64,000 nucleotides of DNA, from the IMG/VR virus record IMGVR_UViG_3300021400_001366, positions 32,001 to 96,000 of that record; one strand, given 5' to 3'. The notes under the pieces were generated by a model, which saw nothing but the letters and a program-made list of their open reading frames with translations, searched no databases and had not been told where the DNA came from. Each line of letters starts with the position of its first letter. Position 1 is the stretch's first letter. Below are positions 7,632-17,454 of the stretch, piece after piece. The DNA is from a virus (lineage: Duplodnaviria > Caudoviricetes). The position numbers were made by a program, and so were the translations under genes.

Positions 7632-8073
7632 TCGGGTGAAATGATATATCCCGAAAATCCTTAACCTCTCATATATTTATACACAAAGGCGACGACAGTG
7701 CAAATATCTGAGAGTTTGCCCGACCAGGGAAGTCTCACTCGGTCATGGGAGTGTAGGCGCAACGCCAGATGCTTCGCCACTAGAAACAGGTCAACCATCT
7801 GGGTAGGACGTTGTTTACATTACTGAATTTGAGTAGGTAGTCTCTTTACTGAATTGAACGGCAGCGATCTACATGACGGACGCACTACCTGAAATGTGCC
7901 GTGGAACCCATAGCCAATCCCGATAACAAACCGCGAGGCGTAAAGAAAAACATTACAGTTCTGCGCGGAGTAGCAGCCCAATGGTGTGGAGTGGTTCTGG
8001 CTGATCTCTGAAACAAGTCAAGGCCAGAGTGTAGCGTGTGAGATATTGCGGATTGATTATGGGTTTTGTCTTT

Positions 8074-8158
8074 GGCCGCGTGGCGAAATAGGCAAACGCA
8101 CTGCGCTTAGAACGCAGCACCATAGAGCTTATGGGTTCGAGTCCCATCGCGGCCACCA
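8074..8158 (+). tRNA. tRNA-Leu(UAG)
   Basis: GGCCGCG/CGCGGCC, loop CTTAGAA, TTCGAGT, CCA. Confidence 0.92.
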
Positions 8159-8210
8159 CATCTTTATTACGCATATGCGATCATATAATCAAAATCAAAG
8201 GAGAATAGTT

Positions 8211-8891
8211 ATGGAACTGGTTTATAGTAACAATACCTCTTGCGACTATAGCTGGGAAACAGCGCCAAGCAATTCGGTCACATCCAACCTTGGCAACATT
8301 ACGATCAAGGCTGGTGATGTGTGCAATTGTCTGTCTGACATCGTGAAGCATGTGGACGAACCAACAGAATCAAAGGAAACGAAGTTGAAGCTGACCGGCG
8401 ATGCTTTCTGGCTGAAAGTTACCAAGTTCAAGGATGGCGTGGAGCAAGACAATTACAACGTTATCCCTGACATCAACGATGTCCGCATCTACAACAACAA
8501 CGCTGGCAAACCTTGCGCGGTTTACCTTGACTTTGTTGATGGTACGACCACAAGCGCGGCTGTCCGTGACCAAGACTCTTTCAATATTGAAAGTGGTATC
8601 ACGATCTGTCTGGCGAAGAAGCTGCTGGACATGAGAACCAACGGCTGCGGAAGTTCTACCTATAATAAGCTGGTCAAGTACGCAATGAAGCGTTATGAAG
8701 CCAACCGCAAGTATGACGAGATGGTAGAACAGGAAGAAGCAGAAAACGAACGCCGTTATAAGAAGCTCTGCGAGAAGAAGCAGCATCGCAAGGAACGTCT
8801 GGCCGCGAAGGAACGTGAACGGCAGATCGAGATCCAGAAGGAAGCGTTTGTTCGAGCGCTGCGTGAGTATCAGTCCGATGATTTGAAGTAA
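8211..8891 (+). CDS. hypothetical phage protein with C-terminal coiled coil
   Basis: ATG 8211 after AAGGAG; the longer ORF-track start would overlap tRNA-Leu. Confidence 0.7.
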   Translation: MELVYSNNTSCDYSWETAPSNSVTSNLGNITIKAGDVCNCLSDIVKHVDEPTESKETKLKLTGDAFWLKVTKFKDGVEQDNYNVIPDINDVRIYNNNAGKPCAVYLDFVDGTTTSAAVRDQDSFNIESGITICLAKKLLDMRTNGCGSSTYNKLVKYAMKRYEANRKYDEMVEQEEAENERRYKKLCEKKQHRKERLAAKERERQIEIQKEAFVRALREYQSDDLK

Positions 8892-8910
8892 TCGAAGGGA
8901 GGCATGAGAT

Positions 8911-9696
8911 ATGATTCTGGTAACTGGCGATACGCATGGTGATTTCAGAAGATTCTCAACCTCCCGCTTCCCGCTTCAAAAGGAAATGACCAGGAGCGAT
9001 TTCGTCATCATCTGCGGTGACTTCGGCGGCGTTTGGAAGGATTCACCGGAAGAACGCTATTGGTTGGACTGGCTGAACGATAAGCCGTTTACTACGCTGT
9101 TTGTGGATGGAAATCACGAACATCATTTTAGGCTCAACCATGATTTTCCACTTCAAATGTTCGCCGGTGGTCAGGTTCATTGGATAAGAAGCAATATCCT
9201 GCATCTGATGCGCGGTGAAGTATACGAAATTGATGGCAAAAAGTTCTTCACATTCGGCGGCGCAAGTTCTCATGACATCCGAGATGGTATTCTTGATCCT
9301 GCTGAGTATGACAACCCCAGAGATTTCAAGCGTGACTACAATCTGATGGTTAGAATCAGGCAGCAGTTCAGGGTAAAAGGCGTTTCCTGGTGGCCTGAAG
9401 AGCTACCGAGCGACGCAGAAATGCAGCACGGCATTTATACGCTGGCAAAGCACGACAACAAGGTAAACTACGTGATTACGCATTGTTTGCCGCAGGAAGT
9501 TGCGTCAACATTTTCAATGGGGCTGTACAAGTCGGACAAGCTGACCATGTATTTCAATAGCTTGCTTCAAAACGGCTTACAGTTTGACCATTGGTTCTGC
9601 GGTCACTATCATGTTGATCGTCGCATAATGGGTAAGTTCGACATTATTTATGAAAACTTTATCATGCTAGGAGATGATGTCTATGAGCGAGTTTGA
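8911..9696 (+). CDS. calcineurin-like metallophosphoesterase
   Basis: GDTHG, GDFG, GNHE, ITH and GHYH motifs. Confidence 0.9.
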   Translation: MILVTGDTHGDFRRFSTSRFPLQKEMTRSDFVIICGDFGGVWKDSPEERYWLDWLNDKPFTTLFVDGNHEHHFRLNHDFPLQMFAGGQVHWIRSNILHLMRGEVYEIDGKKFFTFGGASSHDIRDGILDPAEYDNPRDFKRDYNLMVRIRQQFRVKGVSWWPEELPSDAEMQHGIYTLAKHDNKVNYVITHCLPQEVASTFSMGLYKSDKLTMYFNSLLQNGLQFDHWFCGHYHVDRRIMGKFDIIYENFIMLGDDVYERV

Positions 9697-10189
9697 CCGT
9701 TCTGCCGGTTGGGTTTCGCAAGATGTGTTCGATCAAGTCAAATGGGAACGCGACACGGCGATTGCGCAGCTCAACGAAATCGGTGCTGGATTTGGCGAGA
9801 AGATGGACAATTACCAGCAGATCATACATAGCAAATGGACGGATATGGGCGACTTCTGGCAATGCGGTAACTGCAAGGCCACGCGCCTGAAACACTTCAA
9901 GTCGTATTACGGAAACACGATAGCAGGCAATCCTGGTGATTTCTGCTCTGCATGTGGTGCTAAGATGGACGGTATCAATGAAGTTCCAAAGTGCAACGTA
10001 TGCGGAAAGCGGCTTGATAAATTGGATTTGCAAGAGAAATTCGGCTTTGACTATCATGTTGGCTATGGTTCAAAGTATGACCTCATGCATCTAAAAGCAA
10101 GTTTCTGCTGTGATTGTTTCGACAAGCTCATTGACGAGATCAAAGAGAAAGCCATTATCAATCCTGTCGTTGGGGTGGATGATGAATAA
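9683..10189 (+). CDS. zinc-ribbon hypothetical protein
   Basis: several CxxC pairs, CSACGAKMD. Confidence 0.65.
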   Translation: MSEFDRSAGWVSQDVFDQVKWERDTAIAQLNEIGAGFGEKMDNYQQIIHSKWTDMGDFWQCGNCKATRLKHFKSYYGNTIAGNPGDFCSACGAKMDGINEVPKCNVCGKRLDKLDLQEKFGFDYHVGYGSKYDLMHLKASFCCDCFDKLIDEIKEKAIINPVVGVDDE

Positions 10190-10462
10190 TGGTAGCTATT
10201 ATTATTGCTTTTGCGGTGATCGTATTAATAGAAGTCGCAATTAGGATTTCAACGGCAAAGCGCCGTCGAGATTATATCAACAAATACTTTAGGAGGTTCT
10301 GATTATGGGAAATTGGAACGCTGTGCAGTTGGCTTGGATTCGCGCCTGTGAACGGAAGCTCAACAAGAAGGTTGAGTGCAAGAGCGCGGAGGATGTTCGC
10401 GTGTTGGCTAGAATGTGCGTCCAAACGTATTCGCCTGAAACGCTGATCGTTGACGGGGAGGA

Positions 10463-11047
10463 ATGACATTGAAGAAGGTTATCTTGGTTGCATGTATGTG
10501 CGTCGCTCTGTGTGTTGCGCTTGCTGCGTGTGATGGTCTTGATGATGCCACAATGTATAATACGAGAGCGGATGTCGACAAGACCATGAATGTTGCTTCC
10601 AGCCTTGCAGAGAGACAGCCTACGCCCAGCGATATTCAGTACAGCCTTGAACGCTATAATCTAACTCGTCGTGCTTATTGGGTAAATGGCATGCGAGAAA
10701 AAGCGCGAACTCTACCCTGTCCGATTGCGGATGTCCCGATGGGTTATGTCGTACTCCTGACTGAGAGCGGCGGTGTAGTTGGTCGTTTTGAAGTCGATGG
10801 CAAGGTTTCAAGTCTGAATAGCTATCTTACACCTGATAGCGAATACTTTGAAATTGTTTATGGCGGCTATGGTACTTACTACAATAAATGGATTGCCGAT
10901 GTAGATGGCAGCTATGGCGAGAATGACAACGGTATTTTCTTCTTCACACCCGATGATCGCTATATAGAGTGGAGTGGCATTTACCTGTATTCAGACATTC
11001 CGTTTGAAGTCGAAAATCCTGTTGTGACGTACAATATAGGAGGCTAA
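10463..11047 (+). CDS. putative lipoprotein
   Basis: signal peptide with lipobox LAAC. Confidence 0.7.
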   Translation: MTLKKVILVACMCVALCVALAACDGLDDATMYNTRADVDKTMNVASSLAERQPTPSDIQYSLERYNLTRRAYWVNGMREKARTLPCPIADVPMGYVVLLTESGGVVGRFEVDGKVSSLNSYLTPDSEYFEIVYGGYGTYYNKWIADVDGSYGENDNGIFFFTPDDRYIEWSGIYLYSDIPFEVENPVVTYNIGG

Positions 11048-11048
11048 T

Positions 11049-11426
11049 ATGAGAGAAGCGGCAATAATCGTTTTGACGGTGGTTATCGCCCTATTCCTTT
11101 TGTGGGCTTTTACGCCTTATGGCAGAGGGATTATCAACCGCCATTCCTATGAAATCCAGAAGGTCGATGACGCGACCAGCTACAAGACGCTGAAACAGGT
11201 CGAAGATACAGCCAGGGCAATGATTTCCAGCTATGAAGCGGACAAGCTGATGTACGAACAGTATATCGGAAGTGACAACCTCGAAGAAAGAAGCTGGGCG
11301 AATCAGGCAAAGAACAGGGCGAACAAGACCGCGAGTTCTTATAACAACTACATCTTGCAGAATAGTTTTGTCTGGCGCGACAACATCCCCTCTGATATTC
11401 GATCGTCGTTAGAGGTAATCCAATGA
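11049..11426 (+). CDS. membrane-anchored hypothetical protein
   Basis: N-terminal TM helix; GGAGG RBS. Confidence 0.7.
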   Translation: MREAAIIVLTVVIALFLLWAFTPYGRGIINRHSYEIQKVDDATSYKTLKQVEDTARAMISSYEADKLMYEQYIGSDNLEERSWANQAKNRANKTASSYNNYILQNSFVWRDNIPSDIRSSLEVIQ

Positions 11427-11577
11427 AAGAGTTTTGTAAAATCTTGTTTTGCGTGATTGTTTTTTGTAGTATTACGATGACTAAGATCGACGGGTATACA
11501 CCATTTCAGGCGTTTCTAATTCGTTTAATTGCGTTTGTGATTGAATTTGGTTTGCTATATGGCGGAGGTTTCTTCTC

Positions 11578-12696
11578 TTGAAGGTTAAAAAGGATAAACA
11601 ATTCATAGTTTTTGACTTTGAGGATGGCAATACATGTAAGTATGACCTGGCTCAGAAGAAGATGATTGGCAAGCGCGGCGGCAACGTCAAGAGCCTGAAT
11701 AACCAGTTATCAGGTTTGAAGCCTAATGAGCTGATCGATTCATGCACAGATCGGAACTATGCGGACTTTCTGTATTTTGTCAAAAATTTAGTCGAAATGA
11801 AAGGATGTACCATCAAGAATGTTGGTACAATTCTGAAGCACGTCAGTGAATACAGCCTTTTTGAGCAATTCTTTTCCGCTGGTCTTAAACATATAAGGGC
11901 AGATTTCGGCTATTACATTTCAGAGGTTCCCGCTGGACTTATCAAGCTGTGCAAGAATTTCGATATAACGCTGGATAACGATTTGGTCAGGTTCTATAAG
12001 TCGAACCCAGATGCTTACAACACCGCGTATTCATTGCAGTATGAGTCGTTGGATTGGCAAGATGTTTTGTACTTCACAACCGCCTATATTTGCGATAATA
12101 GCACTAACTGGAAGCGCAAAAGCATTTTCACTGTCCTCATTGACAATTACGGCTACAACGCAAAGTCGCTCATGCTGTATGTTGACCGGTTGAAAACATT
12201 TGAAGCGATAGACCGAATGTCGAATCTGGTCAGGGAACTTTATGACTACGCTTCGATGATGCAGCGCATTGGCGGCAGATTTGACCGTTATCCGCGACAT
12301 TGGCTGACTACTCACATGATCGCGTCAAGGAACTACAACCGGCTCAGACAGACGTTCGATGAAAATGCGTTTGCGGAGCGCATTGACCAGGGTATGCAAT
12401 GGAAGTATGGCGACTACATCTTCATCTATCCGAAGTCAACTCAGGAGATCAAGGATGAAGCGGTTGCGCAGAATAATTGTGTTGCTTCCTACATAAAGCG
12501 TGTGATTGACGGTGACTGTCATATCATGTTCATGCGGTACAAGAACGCGCCTGATGAATCGCTGGTTACTCTTGAAATCAAGAATAACAGAATCGTTCAG
12601 GCAAAGCGCCACTATAACTACGATGTCACGCAATCGCAGAGTGAAGCCATTGAAGCGTGGAATCGCTGGAACAAGAGAAGGGTGGAGGCCGCATAA
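11578..12696 (+). CDS. PcfJ-like domain protein
   Basis: C-terminal EAVAQNNCVASY...TLEI...VQAK pattern. Confidence 0.75.
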   Translation: MKVKKDKQFIVFDFEDGNTCKYDLAQKKMIGKRGGNVKSLNNQLSGLKPNELIDSCTDRNYADFLYFVKNLVEMKGCTIKNVGTILKHVSEYSLFEQFFSAGLKHIRADFGYYISEVPAGLIKLCKNFDITLDNDLVRFYKSNPDAYNTAYSLQYESLDWQDVLYFTTAYICDNSTNWKRKSIFTVLIDNYGYNAKSLMLYVDRLKTFEAIDRMSNLVRELYDYASMMQRIGGRFDRYPRHWLTTHMIASRNYNRLRQTFDENAFAERIDQGMQWKYGDYIFIYPKSTQEIKDEAVAQNNCVASYIKRVIDGDCHIMFMRYKNAPDESLVTLEIKNNRIVQAKRHYNYDVTQSQSEAIEAWNRWNKRRVEAA

Positions 12697-12977
12697 TGGG
12701 CGTAGAGTTTACGGGCGGTACGCTGTTTATGGCTGACGGAACTAAGCTGATGGATTTGACCGATGTTACGACGATCAACCCAGAAGTTGAGCAGCATAAG
12801 CCTATTTCATTCAACACGGAAATAAGCGGCACATTCACGTTTGATTCTCCATGTACAAAACGCGGCTTAATCAGGTTACATAGGGCGCTGCTTGGCAATC
12901 TGCTACCCAAAGAGTTAGGCAGACGCAGACAAATTAAGAAAGCAATGAGGATGATGAGATGCAGTTTTTCAAAGTAA
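12696..12977 (+). CDS. hypothetical protein
   Basis: TAATG coupling, GGAGG RBS. Confidence 0.55.
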   Translation: MGVEFTGGTLFMADGTKLMDLTDVTTINPEVEQHKPISFNTEISGTFTFDSPCTKRGLIRLHRALLGNLLPKELGRRRQIKKAMRMMRCSFSK

Positions 12978-13468
12978 GCAGAGAGCAGTTTGAGAAGGAT
13001 TGGGAAGATTGTAAGAAGAATTTTGCTGGCTATATGACTTACGATTCTTATAACAACAATCCGTATGACGAAATAAAGCTGCCGAAACGCGCAACGAAGG
13101 GATCGGCTGGCTATGATTTCTATTCTCCGCTGGAGTTTACGCTGGCTCCTGGTGAGATTATAAAGTTCCCCACGGGTATTCGCGCGAAGATCGACAATGG
13201 ATGGGCGCTGCTGATGTTCCCACGAAGTGGTCTGGGTTTTAAGTACAGGCTTCAGCTCAATAACACGGTTGGCATTATTGATTCTGACTATTTCAGTGCC
13301 AACAATGAAGGGCATATCTTTATCAAGCTGACCAACGATGGTGACAAGCGTCTGTATGTTGAGAAGGGCGATGCCATTGTTCAGGGTATTTTCATGCCGT
13401 TTGGCGTAACGGTTGACGATGATGCAGACGGTGTGCGCGTTGGCGGTTTCGGGAGTACAAGCAAGTGA
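12959..13468 (+). CDS. dut: trimeric dUTPase
   Basis: SAGYD, PRSG, GIIDSDY, Q and RVGGFGST motifs. Confidence 0.95.
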   Translation: MQFFKVSREQFEKDWEDCKKNFAGYMTYDSYNNNPYDEIKLPKRATKGSAGYDFYSPLEFTLAPGEIIKFPTGIRAKIDNGWALLMFPRSGLGFKYRLQLNNTVGIIDSDYFSANNEGHIFIKLTNDGDKRLYVEKGDAIVQGIFMPFGVTVDDDADGVRVGGFGSTSK

Positions 13469-14490
13469 CACTTAAAGAGATTTCCGAGAAGATCACGTCG
13501 GATGAGTATGGTTTCCTCTATTCCAATGAGAACCTTTGCGAAAATCTGATTCTTGTTGGGCTTGGAGGAAGCCACGCTTACGGTACAAACACAGATGAAA
13601 GTGATCTGGATATTCGCGGGATTGCAACAAATACAAGGCATAACATTCTGGTTGGCAAAGATTTTGAACAGGTCGTAGATGTTAAGACGGACACGACGAT
13701 CTATTCCTTTGACAAGATGATTAAGCTGCTGTGCGCGTGTAATCCTAACTGCATTGAGCTTGTCGGGCTAAAACCAGAACACTATCTGTATATCACGGAT
13801 GTCGGTCAGTATATCGTAGATCATGCTTCCATGTTCTTGAGCAAGAGGGCAATCCATTCATTCGGCGGTTATGCCAATGCTCAATTGCGGAGATTGGACA
13901 ACAAGGCGGCAAAGGATGCCGACCAGGTAGAGCGCGAAAAGCACATTCTTGAAAGTCTCAAAAATGCGTCGTATAGCTTTAAGGATAGGTACAGTGATGC
14001 TCCAAGCGATGCGATCAAGCTCTATACGGATGAATCCTCACGGGATGAATTTGAAGAAGAGATTTTCATGGATATTGTCTTGCATCATTATCCGCTGAGA
14101 GATTACGCCGGTATGATTTCAGAGTACCAGTCGATCATCAGGCAGTATAACAAATGCGGCAGACGCAATGACCGAGCGTATACGCATGGTAAAATCGCCA
14201 AACACATGATGCATCTGGTCAGGCTGTATCTAATGTGCTTCGATATTCTGATTGACGGCAAGGTTGTAACTTATCGTGAGAAGGAACACGACATGCTGAT
14301 GGACATTCGCAATGGCAAGTTCCTGGATGAGAATAATCAGCCGAAGAAAGTGTTCTATGAGCTGGTTGACGAGCTGGACAGCAAGCTGGCCTACTGGAAG
14401 GAACATACCGACCTTCCTGATTCTCCAGATATGTCGAAGGTTGAAGCACTGGTAGAAAAGGTAAACGGTGATATTTGTGGCAAAGAGTAA
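13465..14490 (+). CDS. Pol-beta-family nucleotidyltransferase (RlaP/DUF2248-like)
   Basis: GSHAYGT...SDLDIRG, NPNCIEL and KHMMHLVRL motifs. Confidence 0.8.
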   Translation: MTLKEISEKITSDEYGFLYSNENLCENLILVGLGGSHAYGTNTDESDLDIRGIATNTRHNILVGKDFEQVVDVKTDTTIYSFDKMIKLLCACNPNCIELVGLKPEHYLYITDVGQYIVDHASMFLSKRAIHSFGGYANAQLRRLDNKAAKDADQVEREKHILESLKNASYSFKDRYSDAPSDAIKLYTDESSRDEFEEEIFMDIVLHHYPLRDYAGMISEYQSIIRQYNKCGRRNDRAYTHGKIAKHMMHLVRLYLMCFDILIDGKVVTYREKEHDMLMDIRNGKFLDENNQPKKVFYELVDELDSKLAYWKEHTDLPDSPDMSKVEALVEKVNGDICGKE

Positions 14491-14848
14491 TTCTTTTACC
14501 TGTCCGAAGTGTGGTTCTACATCATTCGATTTAAGACAGGCGGGAAGGTATACCGAGATCGTATGTCGGGATTGCGGTACATTTATACGCTACCTGAGAA
14601 ACGGCAACGACATTAAACGGGCGTTTGAGATGCTGCGAAAAGAAGGTAGAGACATGAGGGCGCAAAAGGTCATCAAGAAAATTGGTGATGTTATAACGGT
14701 GCGCTGCGATCTCTGCTTTACCATCTTATACAGTAGCGCATTTCCTCCTATTCCTAATGGTCAATACGACGTACTGAAAGCAAACTACTGCCCGAATTGT
14801 GGCAAAGAGTTTGTCGATGAACAGAAAATATTCACAAAACCGACGTAA
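14468..14848 (+). CDS. zinc-ribbon hypothetical protein
   Basis: four CxxC pairs. Confidence 0.6.
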   Translation: MIFVAKSNSFTCPKCGSTSFDLRQAGRYTEIVCRDCGTFIRYLRNGNDIKRAFEMLRKEGRDMRAQKVIKKIGDVITVRCDLCFTILYSSAFPPIPNGQYDVLKANYCPNCGKEFVDEQKIFTKPT

Positions 14849-14884
14849 ATACTTAATGACAGAGTTTGCCGATTGTGGTATAAT
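14848..14884 (+). promoter_or_regulatory. promoter with conserved AATACTTAATGACAGA upstream/-35 element
   Basis: ATGACA-17 bp-TATAAT with TG; the same 16-mer occurs at 39381. Confidence 0.7.
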
Positions 14885-15092
14885 CTATATCAGAAAATGA
14901 AGGAGGGGCTTAAACATGGTATGTTCAAGGTGTATCAAACCGATGAAGCGTGTCCTGCGCTTTAATGGCAAAACGAGCTATGAACTGTACAAGTGTCCTA
15001 TATGCGGCGCTGAATCCAAACCCACGCCTTTTATTTTGTATGGTAAAAATCTGTCGTTATGCAATGACACGAAAAGATATAGAGGTGCATAG

Positions 15093-17453
15093 ATGTACTG
15101 CGGGTATATCACGACGATCAAAGAAATTCATAAACACTCAAACGCTGATAGGCTGGCCTGTGCGACGATTTTCGGCAACAATGTCATTGTCGATCTTACA
15201 TATGAACCTGGTAAGCGCGTCGTGTATTTTCCGGTTGATGGTCAGCTCAGCGAAGAGTTCTGCAAGGACAACGATTTGGTAAGGCGTAAGGACGAAAGCG
15301 GCAAGCAGGTTGGCGGCTATCTCGATCCTGATAAGCGTAACATCAGGGCAATCAAGCTGCGTGGCGAGAAGTCCGAGGGTCTGGCGCTACCGATTGAAAG
15401 CCTGTCAAAGTATTGCAACGTAGACGAGTTGAAGGACGGCGACCAGATCACCATTCTCAACGGGCATGAAATCTGCTGTAAGTACATTCCTAAACGCGAT
15501 CATAGCGGTGGAGGCTCTGGCGGCAACAGGACGCGGAGCAACAAAGAACGTGATAAGCAGGAGTGGCCGCTGTTTGAGCAGCATGTCGAGACTGAACAGC
15601 TTGCTTATAATGAGAGCGCATTTAAGCCCGGTGATACCTGTTACATCACGCTGAAGATGCATGGTTGTTTCTCATCTGGATGTAGGGTTAATCTATGGGC
15701 TGGTGGAAGATCGAAAACTATGTCGCAAGTTCAACCTGGCGACATCGTTATAGGTTTCAAAGATGGTAAATTAGTGCCATCTAAAGTTCTTGATAAGTAT
15801 AATAATGGCAAGGAAACTGAATGGCAAAAGATAATCATAGAAAGAAATGGAATGAACGGCGAAAAGTATTCAAAAATCCTTTGTACACCAGATCATTTAT
15901 TCTATGATTGGAAATTGCAAAAATATATTCGCGCAGACTCAATAAGGGCTGGCGATGAGATAATGATGGTCAAACAGACACCAATCCTATCAAGAGAAAT
16001 AAAGTCTGTGCTGCTCGGTATGTACTTAGGTGATGGACATTATGTAGAAAGAAACCGTGTTTCAAAACTTGAGTTTTCTCATAAAATAGATCATTCGTCA
16101 TATTTAGAATACATTGAAAAAATGTGCAACGGCTTGGTTAAAGTCGAAGATCGAATATATATATCTGGATATGGCACACAGATGATGAGGGCAAAGACAA
16201 AAGAATGCGTTGACATATATGACTTTTTCAATCTGTGGATTAATAAAACCGGAGGACACAAACTAACTGATAGCATCTTGGATTACTTCGATGAAATATC
16301 TCTAGCATATTTGTATATGGATGATGGTAGTTTGTCACACTCATCAATACAAACAGATAGGGCGGCAATTGCCATTTGCGATTATGACGATCATGATGCT
16401 ACACTTATAAGCAAATGTATAAGTAATCTAGGGATTGAGAATGTTCTATTTAAAGACCCTGATGGTTATAATAGGATAAGAATAAACAGGGAAGCATCTA
16501 TAAAACTGTTCGACATGATTTCACGATATATACCGGCAGTTATGAGGTATAAACTTCCTGAAGAATATCGTAACAGGGATTATATAGACACCCCGTTTGA
16601 TTTGGAATATGGCTACAAGCCGATCATTGTTAAGGTTGATTCAAGTGAACATGAGACACATAGAAAGATGGATAAATTCGATCTGCACACAGAAACGAAT
16701 AATTATGTTGTAGGCGGTATACTTGTACATAATTCGTCTGGGCGTACTAGCAACACCATCCATGTTCAGCAGAAGAAGCAAACCCTGATGGATAAGATTC
16801 TGCATCGACCTCCGAAGTATGAGCTTTCTTATGATGTAATCAGTGGAACACGGCGTACAGTCCTCAGAGACTTCGACCATGGCTATTATGGCAACGACGC
16901 TTTCCGCAAGGGATTCCATGATTTCTTCGCTGAAAGACTTCCTAAAAATACAGAAATTTTTTACGAGATCGTCGGGTGGGTTGACGAGAACACGCCTATC
17001 ATGGGTCGCTGCAAGAACAAACTCATCAAAGACCCTGAGTTCGTCAAGCAGTATGGCGAAGAAACTGTTTTCCACTATGGTTGCAAACCTGGTGAAAGTC
17101 GCTGTTTCGTTTACCGCATGACCATGACGAATCAGGATGGATTCACCGTCGAGATTCCTACGGAGCAATGCAAGCTGCTGTGTGAAAAGATGGGCGTTGA
17201 GTTCGTGCCTATCTTCGAGAAGTTCTTCTTTACGACTTGGGACGATCTCATGCAGCGCGTAGAGAAGTATTACGATGGCCCCGATCCGATTGGCAAGACG
17301 CATATCCGTGAAGGTGTGGTTGTGCGAATCGAGAACCGAGAAAAATTTGAAGCGTATAAGCATAAAAACTTTAGCTTCAAATGCCTCTCTGGGATCATTG
17401 CCGATAACACTGATGCCGACAAGGTTGACGAAGAAATCCTGAGCGAGATGTAA
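15093..17453 (+). CDS. RNA ligase (DRB0094/Rnl5-like, N-terminal OB fold) containing an intein
   Basis: HSNADRL and KLRGEKSEG N-domain, motif I KMHG, EIVG, REGVV, KHKN; ~430 aa after splicing. Confidence 0.85.
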   Translation: MYCGYITTIKEIHKHSNADRLACATIFGNNVIVDLTYEPGKRVVYFPVDGQLSEEFCKDNDLVRRKDESGKQVGGYLDPDKRNIRAIKLRGEKSEGLALPIESLSKYCNVDELKDGDQITILNGHEICCKYIPKRDHSGGGSGGNRTRSNKERDKQEWPLFEQHVETEQLAYNESAFKPGDTCYITLKMHGCFSSGCRVNLWAGGRSKTMSQVQPGDIVIGFKDGKLVPSKVLDKYNNGKETEWQKIIIERNGMNGEKYSKILCTPDHLFYDWKLQKYIRADSIRAGDEIMMVKQTPILSREIKSVLLGMYLGDGHYVERNRVSKLEFSHKIDHSSYLEYIEKMCNGLVKVEDRIYISGYGTQMMRAKTKECVDIYDFFNLWINKTGGHKLTDSILDYFDEISLAYLYMDDGSLSHSSIQTDRAAIAICDYDDHDATLISKCISNLGIENVLFKDPDGYNRIRINREASIKLFDMISRYIPAVMRYKLPEEYRNRDYIDTPFDLEYGYKPIIVKVDSSEHETHRKMDKFDLHTETNNYVVGGILVHNSSGRTSNTIHVQQKKQTLMDKILHRPPKYELSYDVISGTRRTVLRDFDHGYYGNDAFRKGFHDFFAERLPKNTEIFYEIVGWVDENTPIMGRCKNKLIKDPEFVKQYGEETVFHYGCKPGESRCFVYRMTMTNQDGFTVEIPTEQCKLLCEKMGVEFVPIFEKFFFTTWDDLMQRVEKYYDGPDPIGKTHIREGVVVRIENREKFEAYKHKNFSFKCLSGIIADNTDADKVDEEILSEM
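15666..16733 (+). mobile_element. intein with LAGLIDADG homing endonuclease (356 aa)
   Basis: Starts CFSSG, has block B CTPDH, LLGMYLGDG and LAYLYMDDG, ends VHN followed by extein Ser; AT-richer than its flanks. Confidence 0.93.
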
Positions 17454-17454
17454 T

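Noticed and set aside
7720-7950. RNase P RNA resemblance (AGGGAAGTC, GCCACTAGAAA, GTGGAAC)
   Set aside because: The conserved 3' ACARAA...GGCUUA element completing P4 was not found; kept only as an unassigned ncRNA candidate.
7986-8210. N-terminal extension of ORF 7986-8891
   Set aside because: It overlaps tRNA-Leu; the RBS supports ATG 8211.
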